64,000 bases of DNA from NCBI GenBank assembly GCA_902800025.1, contig CADCDA010000005.1, positions 36,900-100,899 of the forward strand, read 5' to 3'. This document shows positions 20,301 through 29,623 of this stretch, piece by piece. The first letter of the stretch is position 1; each line of letters opens with the position of its first letter. Made by a program: the position numbers and the translations under genes. The DNA is from an uncultured Erysipelotrichaceae bacterium. Its GTDB lineage: Bacteria; Bacillota_I; Bacilli_A; RFN20; CAG-826. The notes beneath the pieces are model-generated. The model saw only the letters and a list, made by a program, of their open reading frames with translations, was not told the DNA's origin and did not search any database.

Positions 20301-20559
20301 CGTCGGTAACATCGTTTGGGGCGGTGGTGACTGGGGCGCATTTGATAGCACATCTGCTGCTATGCAAATCAACGAAACATTCATCTACTTATGTACTGGT
20401 AGTCAAAATAGTGCCGTCTGGGGCGATGCGAGAATTGCTTCTGGAGACTGGACACGTATGTGGGACTACGGTGGATACACGATGAACACCGAATCTAACA
20501 AACTTGAATTCTGGAACTTGAATACGATTGTGATATTCAATTCCAATGGAAAGTGCTAG
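17347..20559 (+). CDS. pulA: Exported type I pullulanase (GH13, CBM41/CBM48-like modules)
   Basis: N-terminal hydrophobic segment, VILHYY..FYLWV, LGASYS..TTFKVWSP, YNWGYNP, GFRFDLMG, YGEGW, CHDN. Confidence 0.92.
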   Translation: MKHIKKALLAVIPSFMLFGVAGLAATRVSQKINGNPGKDTAIYDENLEHARLDRPDIVNGRYLADGGSEEEEEEATVVVNKVILHYYNEAGGNDGRAFYLWVTGVDGVEYNLENASDIMTVNSDRTMMTIEIDFTDPRFTAFAGKSKLFFIIKYKKISEMNLNWGGQSDDMQLVYSEFPPAEGSDVCEVWTMPAAGGGIAILDSENKTRVHGVNLAEFNSWNTIKCKLTNDTQSVNYQLYAFDETYYKIKPKKRADYQRWYLVKEGTGTGDANGEFTITFQYEAHINVVYSLVSHDPSTDTDPDMAALSKTVTVRFDKLYDTDKFHTYYENANLQKDLGASYSATGTTFKVWSPVSANMTVLLYDSDTAAEFGGDDKYKGYHMHYTSGGIWELTIDGDIKGKYYNFQVDNTLGTNVTMDPYATTAGANGVRGLIYDKSETNPTGWDTLPTKWDGVSGYDITSPQELSIYEVHVQDFTGDSSWNGTEKNGTYNAFVESGTHLAGHPEISTGYDHIKDLGVEAVQLVPVFDHDNDESAEVLKYNWGYNPLNYNVVEGGYSSNPHDGLARVKEFKNMVLELSKTRQGKENDVHTRVIMDVVYNHVSSATGSNFHKLMPRYYFRYAAKDYYYWDEGKQEYVRYQMEGELWDGSGCHNEVATERPMMRKFIVDSLKMWATEYKIKGFRFDLMGLLDFKTMIEAKKALYEIDPDIYLYGEGWTSGGYHGEGSDQWKEAHPGEPDPHNFGAMSWQVYNECNNFLTTGVYLGGFNDAVRNAIRGENNVNGYPGKGYIQTGDSNQYAWTIAAGLWGVNTGVRTDNELSGYYPEQTVNYASCHDNWTVRDQLYNTLADGTHPTGSQLAHGVLQAHGLIFASNSAAFMLGGEELLRTKELQVSDLDAVTADSYQNLHGHYISHNSYNAPLSVNTFKWGNKYEISFDDQTIKNEQEDGYRLVSCFASLIRMHKQLAKKRGVSTGYNSFVGSTSSGKSVGNIVWGGGDWGAFDSTSAAMQINETFIYLCTGSQNSAVWGDARIASGDWTRMWDYGGYTMNTESNKLEFWNLNTIVIFNSNGKC

Positions 20560-20571
20560 GAGGAAACGATT

Positions 20572-21000
20572 ATGAAAAAGAAATTATTCTTATTACCATT
20601 ACTCGTCCTTCCTCTCTTAGTGGCTGGATGTAAGACCATGACCTATACTCCAAGAGTTCCATATCCAGGAATTCCTGAAGATCCAGGTACAGGTCCAGGA
20701 GGAGACGATCCAGGCGAACCAATTGAAAAGAACATGGTCGTCAACTTCTATCTCAATTATTCAAATTCTGATACCCCAATTTATACGATGGAATGGTGGA
20801 GCTTAAAAGCGTTAGGTGAATGCCCAGAAGAGGCAATCTTAACTGACGCGGACGCTCCAGACCCACTCTATCCTAAATTCTTAGGCTATTCAGAATACCC
20901 ATCATCAATTGATGAAAGCCATTTGTGGGATTTCGCAAATGACTACAAACAAAGCAATATCCTTAACCTTTATGGTATCTGGGTTGCTCACGTTCAATAG
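20572..21000 (+). CDS. Small lipoprotein with InlB B-repeat-like domain
   Basis: Lipobox VAGC, Pro/Gly linker, KFLGYS...LWDF...LNLYGIW. Confidence 0.75.
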   Translation: MKKKLFLLPLLVLPLLVAGCKTMTYTPRVPYPGIPEDPGTGPGGDDPGEPIEKNMVVNFYLNYSNSDTPIYTMEWWSLKALGECPEEAILTDADAPDPLYPKFLGYSEYPSSIDESHLWDFANDYKQSNILNLYGIWVAHVQ

Positions 21001-21015
21001 AAAGGAGTAAAACAA

Positions 21016-22299
21016 ATGAGAAAAAATATTAAATATTTAGCTTTCATTCCTGTCCTCCTTTTAGCGAGCTGTAACTTCAAATTCTCTTATTCTTTACCTG
21101 ATGGAGTCACTTTCTTTACTGGATCTGGCACATGGGATGGTGGAGATGAATCATTTGATGACTCAGGTAAATATGAAATTAAGGTCTGGGTTGATAGCAA
21201 GATTCAAAGTTTGACTGAAGCCCAAATCAACAACTTTGCCGCTGTTAGTGGTGGCAAATACACGATTAGTGCGACAGTTCAAGCAATGTCCGAAGGTGAA
21301 GCTGCTAGCAAGATGCTTCAAGACGTTTCTAGTGGCGCTGATATCTTCATCTTCGCTCAAGACCAATTATCAAGATTAAAGACCGCTAATGCATTAGCTG
21401 CCTTTGATACATCTTTAACTGCTCACCTTAAATCCACTAATAGCGCAGACTCAATTAAGGCTGCTTCTATCGGAGATAAGATGTATGCTTTCCCAACTAC
21501 AAGTGATAACGGATATTTCCTTTATTACGATAGTTCTGTGGTTAATAGCGAACAAGTTAAAGACATGACTACATTACTTTCTGCTTTGAAAGCCAAGAAA
21601 AAGAAACTCAACTTTGATCGAAAGAACGGATTCTATGCGGCAAGTTATTTCTTAGCCACAGGCTGTTATTCACATTGGACTATCGACGAAAAGTCTGGTA
21701 GTTTCCTTGGTTATGATGATAACTACAATTCCGCGAATGGTATCAAAGCTGGTATGGCATATCGTGAACTCGCAGATAACTCTGTTGTTGCGACAAAGTC
21801 AACATGGACCAACTCTGCTGGAGCGATTATCACTGGTGTTTGGGAATATGAATATATTAAGAGCCAATTTGGCGATAATTTAAGATGCACCGAACTCCCA
21901 AGCTTCACATATAATGGTGAAACATTCCATATGTCTTCCTTTGATGGATATAAACTCATGGGTGTTAAACCTCAAGCAGACAAGAAAAAAGCTAGTGTGT
22001 GCCGTAAACTCGCTGAATACCTCACAAACGGTGAAAATCAACTTAATAGATTTAAACAAGTTTCTTGGGGTCCAACAAATATTGAAGCGAGCCAAAGCTC
22101 TGATGTTTTAGCTCACCCAGCCTTAGCAGCCTTAGCGGCACAACACGAATATGCAGCCCAACAAGAACAATGCCCAGGTGCATGGTTCAACTCATTGGGT
22201 GGTTTAGCTGGTAGTATCGCTACTGGTAGTTCTCAAAGTGATATTCAAACGCTTTTAGATAACTATACTGCTGGCTTACCAACATTATTGGATGATTAA
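21016..22299 (+). CDS. Maltose/maltodextrin ABC substrate-binding lipoprotein
   Basis: Lipobox LASC; ADIFIFAQDQL, MYAFP..DNGYFLYY, AIITGVW; adjacent to permeases. Confidence 0.88.
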   Translation: MRKNIKYLAFIPVLLLASCNFKFSYSLPDGVTFFTGSGTWDGGDESFDDSGKYEIKVWVDSKIQSLTEAQINNFAAVSGGKYTISATVQAMSEGEAASKMLQDVSSGADIFIFAQDQLSRLKTANALAAFDTSLTAHLKSTNSADSIKAASIGDKMYAFPTTSDNGYFLYYDSSVVNSEQVKDMTTLLSALKAKKKKLNFDRKNGFYAASYFLATGCYSHWTIDEKSGSFLGYDDNYNSANGIKAGMAYRELADNSVVATKSTWTNSAGAIITGVWEYEYIKSQFGDNLRCTELPSFTYNGETFHMSSFDGYKLMGVKPQADKKKASVCRKLAEYLTNGENQLNRFKQVSWGPTNIEASQSSDVLAHPALAALAAQHEYAAQQEQCPGAWFNSLGGLAGSIATGSSQSDIQTLLDNYTAGLPTLLDD

Positions 22300-22310
22300 A
22301 GGAGGGTTTT

Positions 22311-23816
22311 ATGGCAAATACAAACGAATTAGAATTGCTTAAAAAGACGAAGCTCCAAAGAATGGGAATCAACTTTGTTGCCTTCTTTAAATCAATTCCA
22401 ACAAAAATCAAAAATTTAGGATTATCTATTTGGGGAGCCTTAAAGAAATTCTTCTGGGGAATCGTCAATTTCTTCAAGTTTATTGGCGTGACCTTTGTCA
22501 AAGGTGATTGGAAAACAAAAGTTTCCTACTTCATCATGGGCTTTGGTAGCATCTTCAGAGGACAATGGTTAAGAGGTATTCTCTTCCTCCTGTTTGAAGT
22601 CGTATTTATTCTTTATATGGTACTTCTTGGTGGTGGATACTTCTCTAAACTATATATCTTAGGTACTCAAGAAACGATTACCCTTGATGATGGCACAAAG
22701 ATTCAAGGCGACCAATCCTTCAGCATCCTCCTTTATGGTGTGTTAACTATCTTCTTTATCGCTGCGCTTATTTATACTTGGTATCTCAATATCAAGCAAA
22801 ATAAGATTGCTGAAGAAATCATTAAAGAAGAAAAGAAGCTCGAAACTGCGAAGGATGATCTCCGTGCTATGGTGGATAAGAACTTCCACAAAACATTATT
22901 ATCACTTCCTACCCTTGGTATTGTAATCTTTACAATCTTGCCAATCTTCTTCATGGTCTTAATTGCCTTTACCGATTACGATAAGCAACACGCGACCTTG
23001 TTTGGATGGGTTGGACTTGATAACTTCAAACAATTATTTACATGGACCGCTGGTGGAAAATCATTCTCAGCGACATTCGGGCAAATCTTATTATGGACGC
23101 TTGTCTGGGCCTTCTTCGCCACATTTACTAACTACTTCTTAGGTATGTTAGTGGCGATGCTCATTAACAAGAAAGGTATCAAGATGAAGAAGTTATGGAG
23201 AACAATCCTCGTCTTCTCTATTGCTATCCCTCAATTTATTTCCATTCTTTACGTCTCACAGATGTTTGCAACAGATGGTCTAATTAATGGTTTATTTGGA
23301 ACGATTGCTGGCTGGTTTGGTAATCATAACTTCCAACCAATCGATTTCTGGGGTGACCCAATGCTAGCGCGTATTACCGTTATCATTATTAATATTTGGA
23401 TTGGTGTTCCATATTTGATGCTTGTTGTTACAGGTATCTTAATGAACATCCCTGCTGACTTATATGAGTCCGCGAATATTGATGGTGCGAATGCATGGCA
23501 ACAATATTCGAAGATTACTCTTCCATACATGCTCTTTATTACTGGACCATACTTATTAACAAGCTTTACTGGTAACATGAACAACTTCAACGTTATCTAC
23601 TTGTTAACTGGTGGTGGACCAATCAACACTGAAATGTATGGCGACGCTGGTAGCACTGACTTACTTATCACTTGGCTTTATTCCTTAGCGGTTAGTGATT
23701 CCGACTATAAGTTCGCCGCGGTTATCGGTATCATGGTCTTCATCGTGGTCTCAGTTATCTCCTTAGTGGTGTATAACTTGATTCCATCAACAAAGAACGA
23801 GGAGGAATTCCAATAA
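22311..23816 (+). CDS. Maltodextrin ABC permease (MalF/MalC type)
   Basis: EAA loop LYESANIDGA, NMNNFNVIYLLTGGGP, TDLLITWLY. Confidence 0.9.
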   Translation: MANTNELELLKKTKLQRMGINFVAFFKSIPTKIKNLGLSIWGALKKFFWGIVNFFKFIGVTFVKGDWKTKVSYFIMGFGSIFRGQWLRGILFLLFEVVFILYMVLLGGGYFSKLYILGTQETITLDDGTKIQGDQSFSILLYGVLTIFFIAALIYTWYLNIKQNKIAEEIIKEEKKLETAKDDLRAMVDKNFHKTLLSLPTLGIVIFTILPIFFMVLIAFTDYDKQHATLFGWVGLDNFKQLFTWTAGGKSFSATFGQILLWTLVWAFFATFTNYFLGMLVAMLINKKGIKMKKLWRTILVFSIAIPQFISILYVSQMFATDGLINGLFGTIAGWFGNHNFQPIDFWGDPMLARITVIIINIWIGVPYLMLVVTGILMNIPADLYESANIDGANAWQQYSKITLPYMLFITGPYLLTSFTGNMNNFNVIYLLTGGGPINTEMYGDAGSTDLLITWLYSLAVSDSDYKFAAVIGIMVFIVVSVISLVVYNLIPSTKNEEEFQ

Positions 23817-24682
23817 TGGCAGATAAAAAATCAATGTCAATGTCGAAGAAACGTCGTATTGGCAATATCGTGACTTATGTCGTCCTCATTCTCGTTTCAG
23901 TGATTTGGATCTTACCGTTCGTCTTCCTCGTGTTACAGTCATTCAGAACTGAAAATACAGGTATCGTTAACTACGTATTTCCACATCAATGGGGATTTGA
24001 TAACTATATCTTCTTATTCTCCGCTGAAACAAACTTCTTACAATGGTATTTCAATACCTTCATCATCGCGTTGTTTGTCTGTGTTCTTCAAACAGCCATG
24101 CAATTCATGATGAGCTATACCTTATCAAGATTTAGATTCAAACTTCGTAAGCCATTAATGAACGTTATGCTTGTTCTAGGTATGTTCCCTGGCTTCTTAA
24201 CGATGATTGTTCTCTATCAAGTCTTGAAGGCTGTTGGACTTACTGGAGATAACGCTGTTCCAGGTTTAATCCTTGTCTCAGTCGCTAGTAGTGGTATGGG
24301 CTATTATGTTTCTAAAGGTTTCTTAGATACATTACCAAAATCACTTGATGAAGCGGCCCGTGTAGACGGAGCGACAAGAATGGAAATCTTCTTCAAAGTT
24401 ATTCTTCCACTTTGTAAGCCAATTCTTATTTACACAGTATTGACCTCATTTATGGGTCCTTGGGGCGATTACATCTTCGCATCTGTCATCGCGCTTGGTT
24501 CTGAAACAGGTCTTAACGTCGCTGCTGGTTTATACACTTGGTTAGGCCAGTCGATGATCTCTAATAACTTCACTCATTTCTGTGCCGGTGGTGTTATTGT
24601 TGCAATTCCAGTCATGGTCTTGTTCATGTTCCTTCAAAAATACTATGTTGAAGGTGTTACTGGTGGCGCAGTTAAAGGATAG
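23816..24682 (+). CDS. Maltodextrin ABC permease (MalG/MalD type)
   Basis: SLDEAARVDGAT, C-terminal QKYYVEGVTGGAVKG. Confidence 0.92.
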   Translation: MADKKSMSMSKKRRIGNIVTYVVLILVSVIWILPFVFLVLQSFRTENTGIVNYVFPHQWGFDNYIFLFSAETNFLQWYFNTFIIALFVCVLQTAMQFMMSYTLSRFRFKLRKPLMNVMLVLGMFPGFLTMIVLYQVLKAVGLTGDNAVPGLILVSVASSGMGYYVSKGFLDTLPKSLDEAARVDGATRMEIFFKVILPLCKPILIYTVLTSFMGPWGDYIFASVIALGSETGLNVAAGLYTWLGQSMISNNFTHFCAGGVIVAIPVMVLFMFLQKYYVEGVTGGAVKG

Positions 24683-24693
24683 GAGGCTATATT

Positions 24694-26031
24694 ATGGCAA
24701 CTGTAAAATTAACAAACGTAAAGAAAATATACCCTGGCAGTGTCAATGCAACCGTGCATGATTTCAATCTTGACATTGCCGATAAAGAATTCATCGTCTT
24801 CGTCGGACCTTCTGGATGTGGCAAATCGACAACTTTGAGAATGGTCGCTGGACTTGAAGACATTTCCGGTGGAACAGTCGAGATTGATGGAGAAGTCGTT
24901 AACGATCTCCAACCAAAAGATCGTCACATCTCCATGGTCTTCCAAAACTATGCCTTATATCCTCACCTCACAGTTTATGAAAATATCGCTTTCCCATTAA
25001 GACTCCAAAAGAATCCAAAGATGAGCCAAGATGAGATTTACGAAAGAGTGACTAATGCCGCTCAAATCTTAGGTATTACTCAATACTTAACTCGTAAACC
25101 AAAAGCCTTATCTGGTGGACAAAGACAAAGAGTCGCTATCGGTAGAGCGATGGTTAAGGATTGTAAGGTCTTCCTCATGGATGAACCATTATCAAACCTC
25201 GATGCGAAATTACGTAACCAAATGAGAGCGGAAATTATTCTTTTAAGAAAGAGAATTAATACGACCTTTATTTATGTTACTCACGATCAAACTGAAGCTA
25301 TGACCTTAGGTGATAGAATCGTTTGTATGAAAGATGGCTATATCATGCAAGTTGGAACACCAACCGAATTATTTGATTGGCCAGCCAACTTATTCGTCGC
25401 TCAATTCATTGGCGCTCCAATGATGAACACGATTAAGACCGAATTAACTAAAGAAGGAAACAAATATTATGTTTCCCCATTCGGATATAAGCTCGAAGTT
25501 ACTGGCGATAAAGGTAAGCTCTTAAACGACCGCAAGGTTGAACCAAAAGAGATTTACTTAGGTGTTAGACCAGAACACGTCACTTTGGTCAAGGAAGGGG
25601 CTAAAAACGGCTTCCCAGTGACAATCTTAGTTAATGAAATGATGGGAAGTGAATATCACTTACACGTTCAAACAGAAGATGGCACTAAACTCGTTGTTAG
25701 AATTCCAACCATTAACTTAAGCGAAGAAGAAAGAGCGAAGATGGTGGCAGGCGAAGTGATTCATGTCGCATTTGAAGGCAAAGCTATGCACTTCTTTGAT
25801 ATTGAAACAGAATATAACTTATTAACTGATAATCAATATCATGCAGAAGATGATCCAGAAACACCAATCAAATCTAACGAAGCAGAAAGTGAACTCCCAG
25901 CGGAAACTTCTCCAGTAGAAGAACCAAAGGCTGAAGAAAAAGCTGAGGAAGCTAAACCAGAAGAAGCTTCTAAAGAAGAAGCGCCTGCTGAAGAAAAGAA
26001 GGAAGAAAAAGAAGAAGCTAAAAAGGAGTAA
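24694..26031 (+). CDS. Sugar ABC ATPase (MalK/MsmX type) with acidic low-complexity tail
   Basis: GPSGCGKST, LSGGQRQR, DEPLSNLDAKLR, YVTHDQ. Confidence 0.93.
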   Translation: MATVKLTNVKKIYPGSVNATVHDFNLDIADKEFIVFVGPSGCGKSTTLRMVAGLEDISGGTVEIDGEVVNDLQPKDRHISMVFQNYALYPHLTVYENIAFPLRLQKNPKMSQDEIYERVTNAAQILGITQYLTRKPKALSGGQRQRVAIGRAMVKDCKVFLMDEPLSNLDAKLRNQMRAEIILLRKRINTTFIYVTHDQTEAMTLGDRIVCMKDGYIMQVGTPTELFDWPANLFVAQFIGAPMMNTIKTELTKEGNKYYVSPFGYKLEVTGDKGKLLNDRKVEPKEIYLGVRPEHVTLVKEGAKNGFPVTILVNEMMGSEYHLHVQTEDGTKLVVRIPTINLSEEERAKMVAGEVIHVAFEGKAMHFFDIETEYNLLTDNQYHAEDDPETPIKSNEAESELPAETSPVEEPKAEEKAEEAKPEEASKEEAPAEEKKEEKEEAKKE

Positions 26032-26037
26032 GCCAGT

Positions 26038-26436
26038 ATGTTTAAGTTAGACAAGAAAAAGAAAAGAATGCTTGCATACGTTGGTATCATCGGTGGATGT
26101 GCTGTTTTGGCTTTAACTTTCTTCTCTATCTGTCAATTTGAAAAGGCAAAATTTAAAGCTTCTGAAACAATGAAAAGCTCGAGCCAAATGAGTCTTGATA
26201 ACATTCTTAATAAAGACTCTACTGCATTGACAAGTGAGACGAGTACTTATCACGATTTAGCGGTTTTCTGGCAATCAGTGACTGAAGATTTTACAAAAAT
26301 CTCTGCTCAGAACGCCGGAGCATATAAAGGTACCGCTATTCCAGCGTATATCTTCTCAATGGCGACACTTGTTTCATTCGGCTTAGTTCTTAAAGACGCT
26401 GAAAAGGTCAAAGAACAAGAAGAAAAAGAAGTGTAG
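26038..26436 (+). CDS. Two-TM hypothetical protein, last gene of the starch operon
   Basis: 132 aa, 6 nt after the ATPase gene, followed by a terminator. Confidence 0.7.
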   Translation: MFKLDKKKKRMLAYVGIIGGCAVLALTFFSICQFEKAKFKASETMKSSSQMSLDNILNKDSTALTSETSTYHDLAVFWQSVTEDFTKISAQNAGAYKGTAIPAYIFSMATLVSFGLVLKDAEKVKEQEEKEV

Positions 26437-26454
26437 CTACATTTATAAAACATT

Positions 26455-26480
26455 AGGCCGATTTCAATAATCGGCTTTTT
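26455..26480 (+). terminator. Intrinsic terminator
   Basis: AGGCCGATT-TCAAT-AATCGGCTTTTT. Confidence 0.8.
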
Positions 26481-26516
26481 GTGTGCTTTTATAAATAAAA
26501 GTGATATATTTATGTC

Positions 26517-27002
26517 ATGCAAGAAAAAGAGAAGAAAATATTTATCGGCTTATGTGTTGGAAGTGTTCTTTCGTTTTTATTATGTGGATATTCTCTTATC
26601 GCTTGCTTCGCTACTGAATCAAGTGGACCAGAGTTAGGAACTTATATTCTTGAAGTTTCATATTTATTTTTGCATCTTATCTTTTGTGCGATAGTGTTCT
26701 ATCTCTCTTTAAGAGCGGTTAGGGTTGGATCTTTCTTTGTAAAGAATGTTATCTATCGTGTTGATGGAATAGTGTATAAAAATAGAAGAATTGTGTTATC
26801 TATTTTCTGTGGTTTATTCTTTGCGATATTTGTTTATGCGCTTATTCAAGGAATACTGATGACTCTTCCTTTAGCGAATGAGCTAGGAAAAGTCGTGTGG
26901 CACGATATTATGAATGGAACATTCCTATTATCAATTGTCTTCTTCATTATTGTTATCTACCCAATCGTGCCTTATACATCAAACAATAAACACGCGGAAT
27001 GA
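26517..27002 (+). CDS. Four-TM hypothetical membrane protein
   Basis: 161 aa hydrophobic ORF; extended -10 TG-A-TATATT ends 6 nt before the ATG. Confidence 0.75.
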   Translation: MQEKEKKIFIGLCVGSVLSFLLCGYSLIACFATESSGPELGTYILEVSYLFLHLIFCAIVFYLSLRAVRVGSFFVKNVIYRVDGIVYKNRRIVLSIFCGLFFAIFVYALIQGILMTLPLANELGKVVWHDIMNGTFLLSIVFFIIVIYPIVPYTSNNKHAE

Positions 27003-27148
27003 ACCGCGTTTTATTTTGCCTATAAAAATAGTTCACTATCTTTTATTTAATTGATATATAATATCATTAACGACATATATTCACGTCTAATCTAGCTTTC
27101 TAGTTTTTAGGTGTGTTTATTGTACAAATTAATCTAAAGGAGAACTTT

Positions 27149-29380
27149 ATGAAGAAAGGATTAATTATTACATCTGCTTTAGCCTTGCTTTTTGGTACCG
27201 CTGTTGCCGTTGGTGCACAGCCAAAAAAGGTTGCTAAGGTTGAAGCCGCTACACAAACCACGGTCTACTGTGCGATTGATGCTTCTACATTAGGAACCTA
27301 TACCCTAAAATTAAACGTCAATCGTCAAGGCGATGGAGACAATTGGCAATCATATGTGATGGATGATTTGGGAGATACTTATGAAACAAAGAAGATTTTC
27401 TCAAAAACATTTACCGATTTATATGATGGTTTAGGCGCTATTCAATTCCAACTTTACAATGGTGAAGAATGGGTTGAACAAGATCAAGTGTTTGGACCAA
27501 AAACATGGACCTCTCCTACTGTGTATAACAACAAGTTACACGTTTATAAAGGAACTGGTTGGGTAGACTATACTCCAACAAAATATACTGTTTCTGTTAA
27601 TTTGACCGATGGAGAAGGTAATGTTACTAGTACCAAAGAAGAACAAGTTTTTAAGAATAGTCTTCCAGCTACACCTGCGCTTACCTACGGACAAAGGTTC
27701 AGCGGTTGGTTTAGTGATAAAGATTTAACTCTTGGTAACGAAGTTAGCGCAATTACATCTGATTGTGCAGTCTACGGACACATTGAAACTGTACCAACAC
27801 ACAGATACACATTAGATGTTTCTTCTGTCGATATTCTATTTACCAATCCATATTTCTATGCATGGGATGCAGTAGGACATAACGCAGAATGGCCAGGACA
27901 AGCTGTCACTGATGGCAAATTCACAGTTCCTGAAGGCGCAGGATTTGTTATTGTGAGTTTCCCTGAAGAAGAAGGAAGAAAACAAACGATTGATATTTCT
28001 CAACCAACTTCACCTGTTGCAGATGAAACACTTATTATCACAGATACAGTTCTTGAAGGAAAATATGATGCTTATTGGCAATTAGACGAAGAAGCTCCAG
28101 CGGATGGTTTCTATCTTGTCGGTACAAAGAATAACTACAAATTTAGAAATGCCTCATATATTTCTGAAATCGCAAAAGATATCGATGGTAATGTCGGCTA
28201 TTTAGGTGGCTACGTTGCTGAAGCAAACGAAAAGGTTACTATTCGTAAATCATTCAAAAACATTCCTGGTTGGATTAGTAGTGATGATCCAGCTGAAGGT
28301 AGTCCAGAACAAAAGGCATATGGATATAAAGATGGTGGAGATTTCAAATTCACAGTCGCTGGAACATATGACATCTTTGTTCACGAAGATGGTTTCTATG
28401 TTGCAGAACATGAAGCAAATAGAATTCGCATTGGTGTTGTTAGCCGTTTATATAAAGGAAATACATTATATTCCTTTGAAAACGGTCCATCACAAAACTC
28501 TATTGCTGGGGCAGAATTTACTCCTAGAGCATATGAAGTTGCTGGACATCATTTCATCGGATTCTATTCAGACATATCTTGCACAACTCCATTTGATGAT
28601 GGAACAAAACTTGATTATGACACAACCATATATGCGAAATTCATTAAAGCCGGATATTACACAATTAGTGGTGCTGGCGAATGGAAGATTGTAAATGCTG
28701 TTGCGATGAATACTGAAGATATTGGTGTAAACAATAAAGCAGAAGCTGCTATTACTGTTTCAGCTGTTAATGAAACTTATTCATTCGTCTATTATAACGA
28801 AGAAGGTGAGATGGCTGGACACGCAGGCTTAGGCGCTTCATATGATTACGTTGAAGACGAAAGTGATCACATCAAATTCACAAAGACAGGTACATATACA
28901 GTTTATTGGAGCAACACCGATAACAAACTTTATGTCAATGGTGGATTACAAGCGTTCTATAGTAACTTCATTAGCTCAATGGCCGCTGTTTGTAACGAAC
29001 AAGGCGAATACGCTACAGAAGAAGCATACAATGCTGTTAAGGCTGCATGGTTACAACAAAAGGCTGCTTATGAAGCATTAAGTTCAGCAGACAAAAAGAC
29101 AATCTCTGATATCGGCTTCGATGGTGGTAGTACTGATCCAGAAGCAGACCAATCCTTAAAGATGGTTGCTAAGTATCATTACATCGTCTATAAATATGGC
29201 ACAGCCGAATTTAATGACTTTATCTGGAATCAAAATCTTGCTGCTAATAATTCGTTCAGTTTACCATATGAACGTATCAGCACAAGCAATAGTGATATTA
29301 TCGTTATCACAATTATCGCTGCAACAGTCGCAGCAATCTCTGTCGGCGTGTTCTTCATGCTTAAGAGAAAACACGACTAA
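27149..29380 (+). CDS. Modular surface protein (putative starch-binding modules, B-repeats, helical C-terminal domain + TM tail)
   Basis: SD AAAGGAG before ATG 27149; signal peptide ending KVEA; CBM26-like YFYAWD..NAEWPG; SusE-like FYLVGT..GTYDIFV repeats; ends in TM + KRK. Confidence 0.85.
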   Translation: MKKGLIITSALALLFGTAVAVGAQPKKVAKVEAATQTTVYCAIDASTLGTYTLKLNVNRQGDGDNWQSYVMDDLGDTYETKKIFSKTFTDLYDGLGAIQFQLYNGEEWVEQDQVFGPKTWTSPTVYNNKLHVYKGTGWVDYTPTKYTVSVNLTDGEGNVTSTKEEQVFKNSLPATPALTYGQRFSGWFSDKDLTLGNEVSAITSDCAVYGHIETVPTHRYTLDVSSVDILFTNPYFYAWDAVGHNAEWPGQAVTDGKFTVPEGAGFVIVSFPEEEGRKQTIDISQPTSPVADETLIITDTVLEGKYDAYWQLDEEAPADGFYLVGTKNNYKFRNASYISEIAKDIDGNVGYLGGYVAEANEKVTIRKSFKNIPGWISSDDPAEGSPEQKAYGYKDGGDFKFTVAGTYDIFVHEDGFYVAEHEANRIRIGVVSRLYKGNTLYSFENGPSQNSIAGAEFTPRAYEVAGHHFIGFYSDISCTTPFDDGTKLDYDTTIYAKFIKAGYYTISGAGEWKIVNAVAMNTEDIGVNNKAEAAITVSAVNETYSFVYYNEEGEMAGHAGLGASYDYVEDESDHIKFTKTGTYTVYWSNTDNKLYVNGGLQAFYSNFISSMAAVCNEQGEYATEEAYNAVKAAWLQQKAAYEALSSADKKTISDIGFDGGSTDPEADQSLKMVAKYHYIVYKYGTAEFNDFIWNQNLAANNSFSLPYERISTSNSDIIVITIIAATVAAISVGVFFMLKRKHD

Positions 29381-29406
29381 TCAATTAAGATTATAAATTA
29401 ACAACT

Positions 29407-29432
29407 AGGCCAGGGGAGACCCTGGTCTTTTT
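29407..29432 (+). terminator. Intrinsic terminator
   Basis: AGGCCAGGG-GAGA-CCCTGGTCT followed by TTTT. Confidence 0.8.
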
Positions 29433-29437
29433 GTGTC

Positions 29438-29623
29438 ACTATATCAAAGATATCGATATTTTGTTGTTGTCTTTATATTTGTATAAAAATATAATAATCG
29501 TATATTAGTTTTTTGAAATTATTTGAATGATTTCAGGAAAATATAAAAGAATCAAAGCGACAAACAAATCATTTGTCGTATTTAATTACCATTGTATTTC
29601 TTATCTTTGATTGGAGTATGACT
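29438..29623 (+). promoter_or_regulatory. Operator palindrome + sigma-A promoter + structured 5' leader (copy A)
   Basis: ATATC-AAA-GATAT (29441-29453); TTGTCT-17-TATAAT (29467-29495); two stem-loops; homologous to 31221-31464. Confidence 0.75.
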
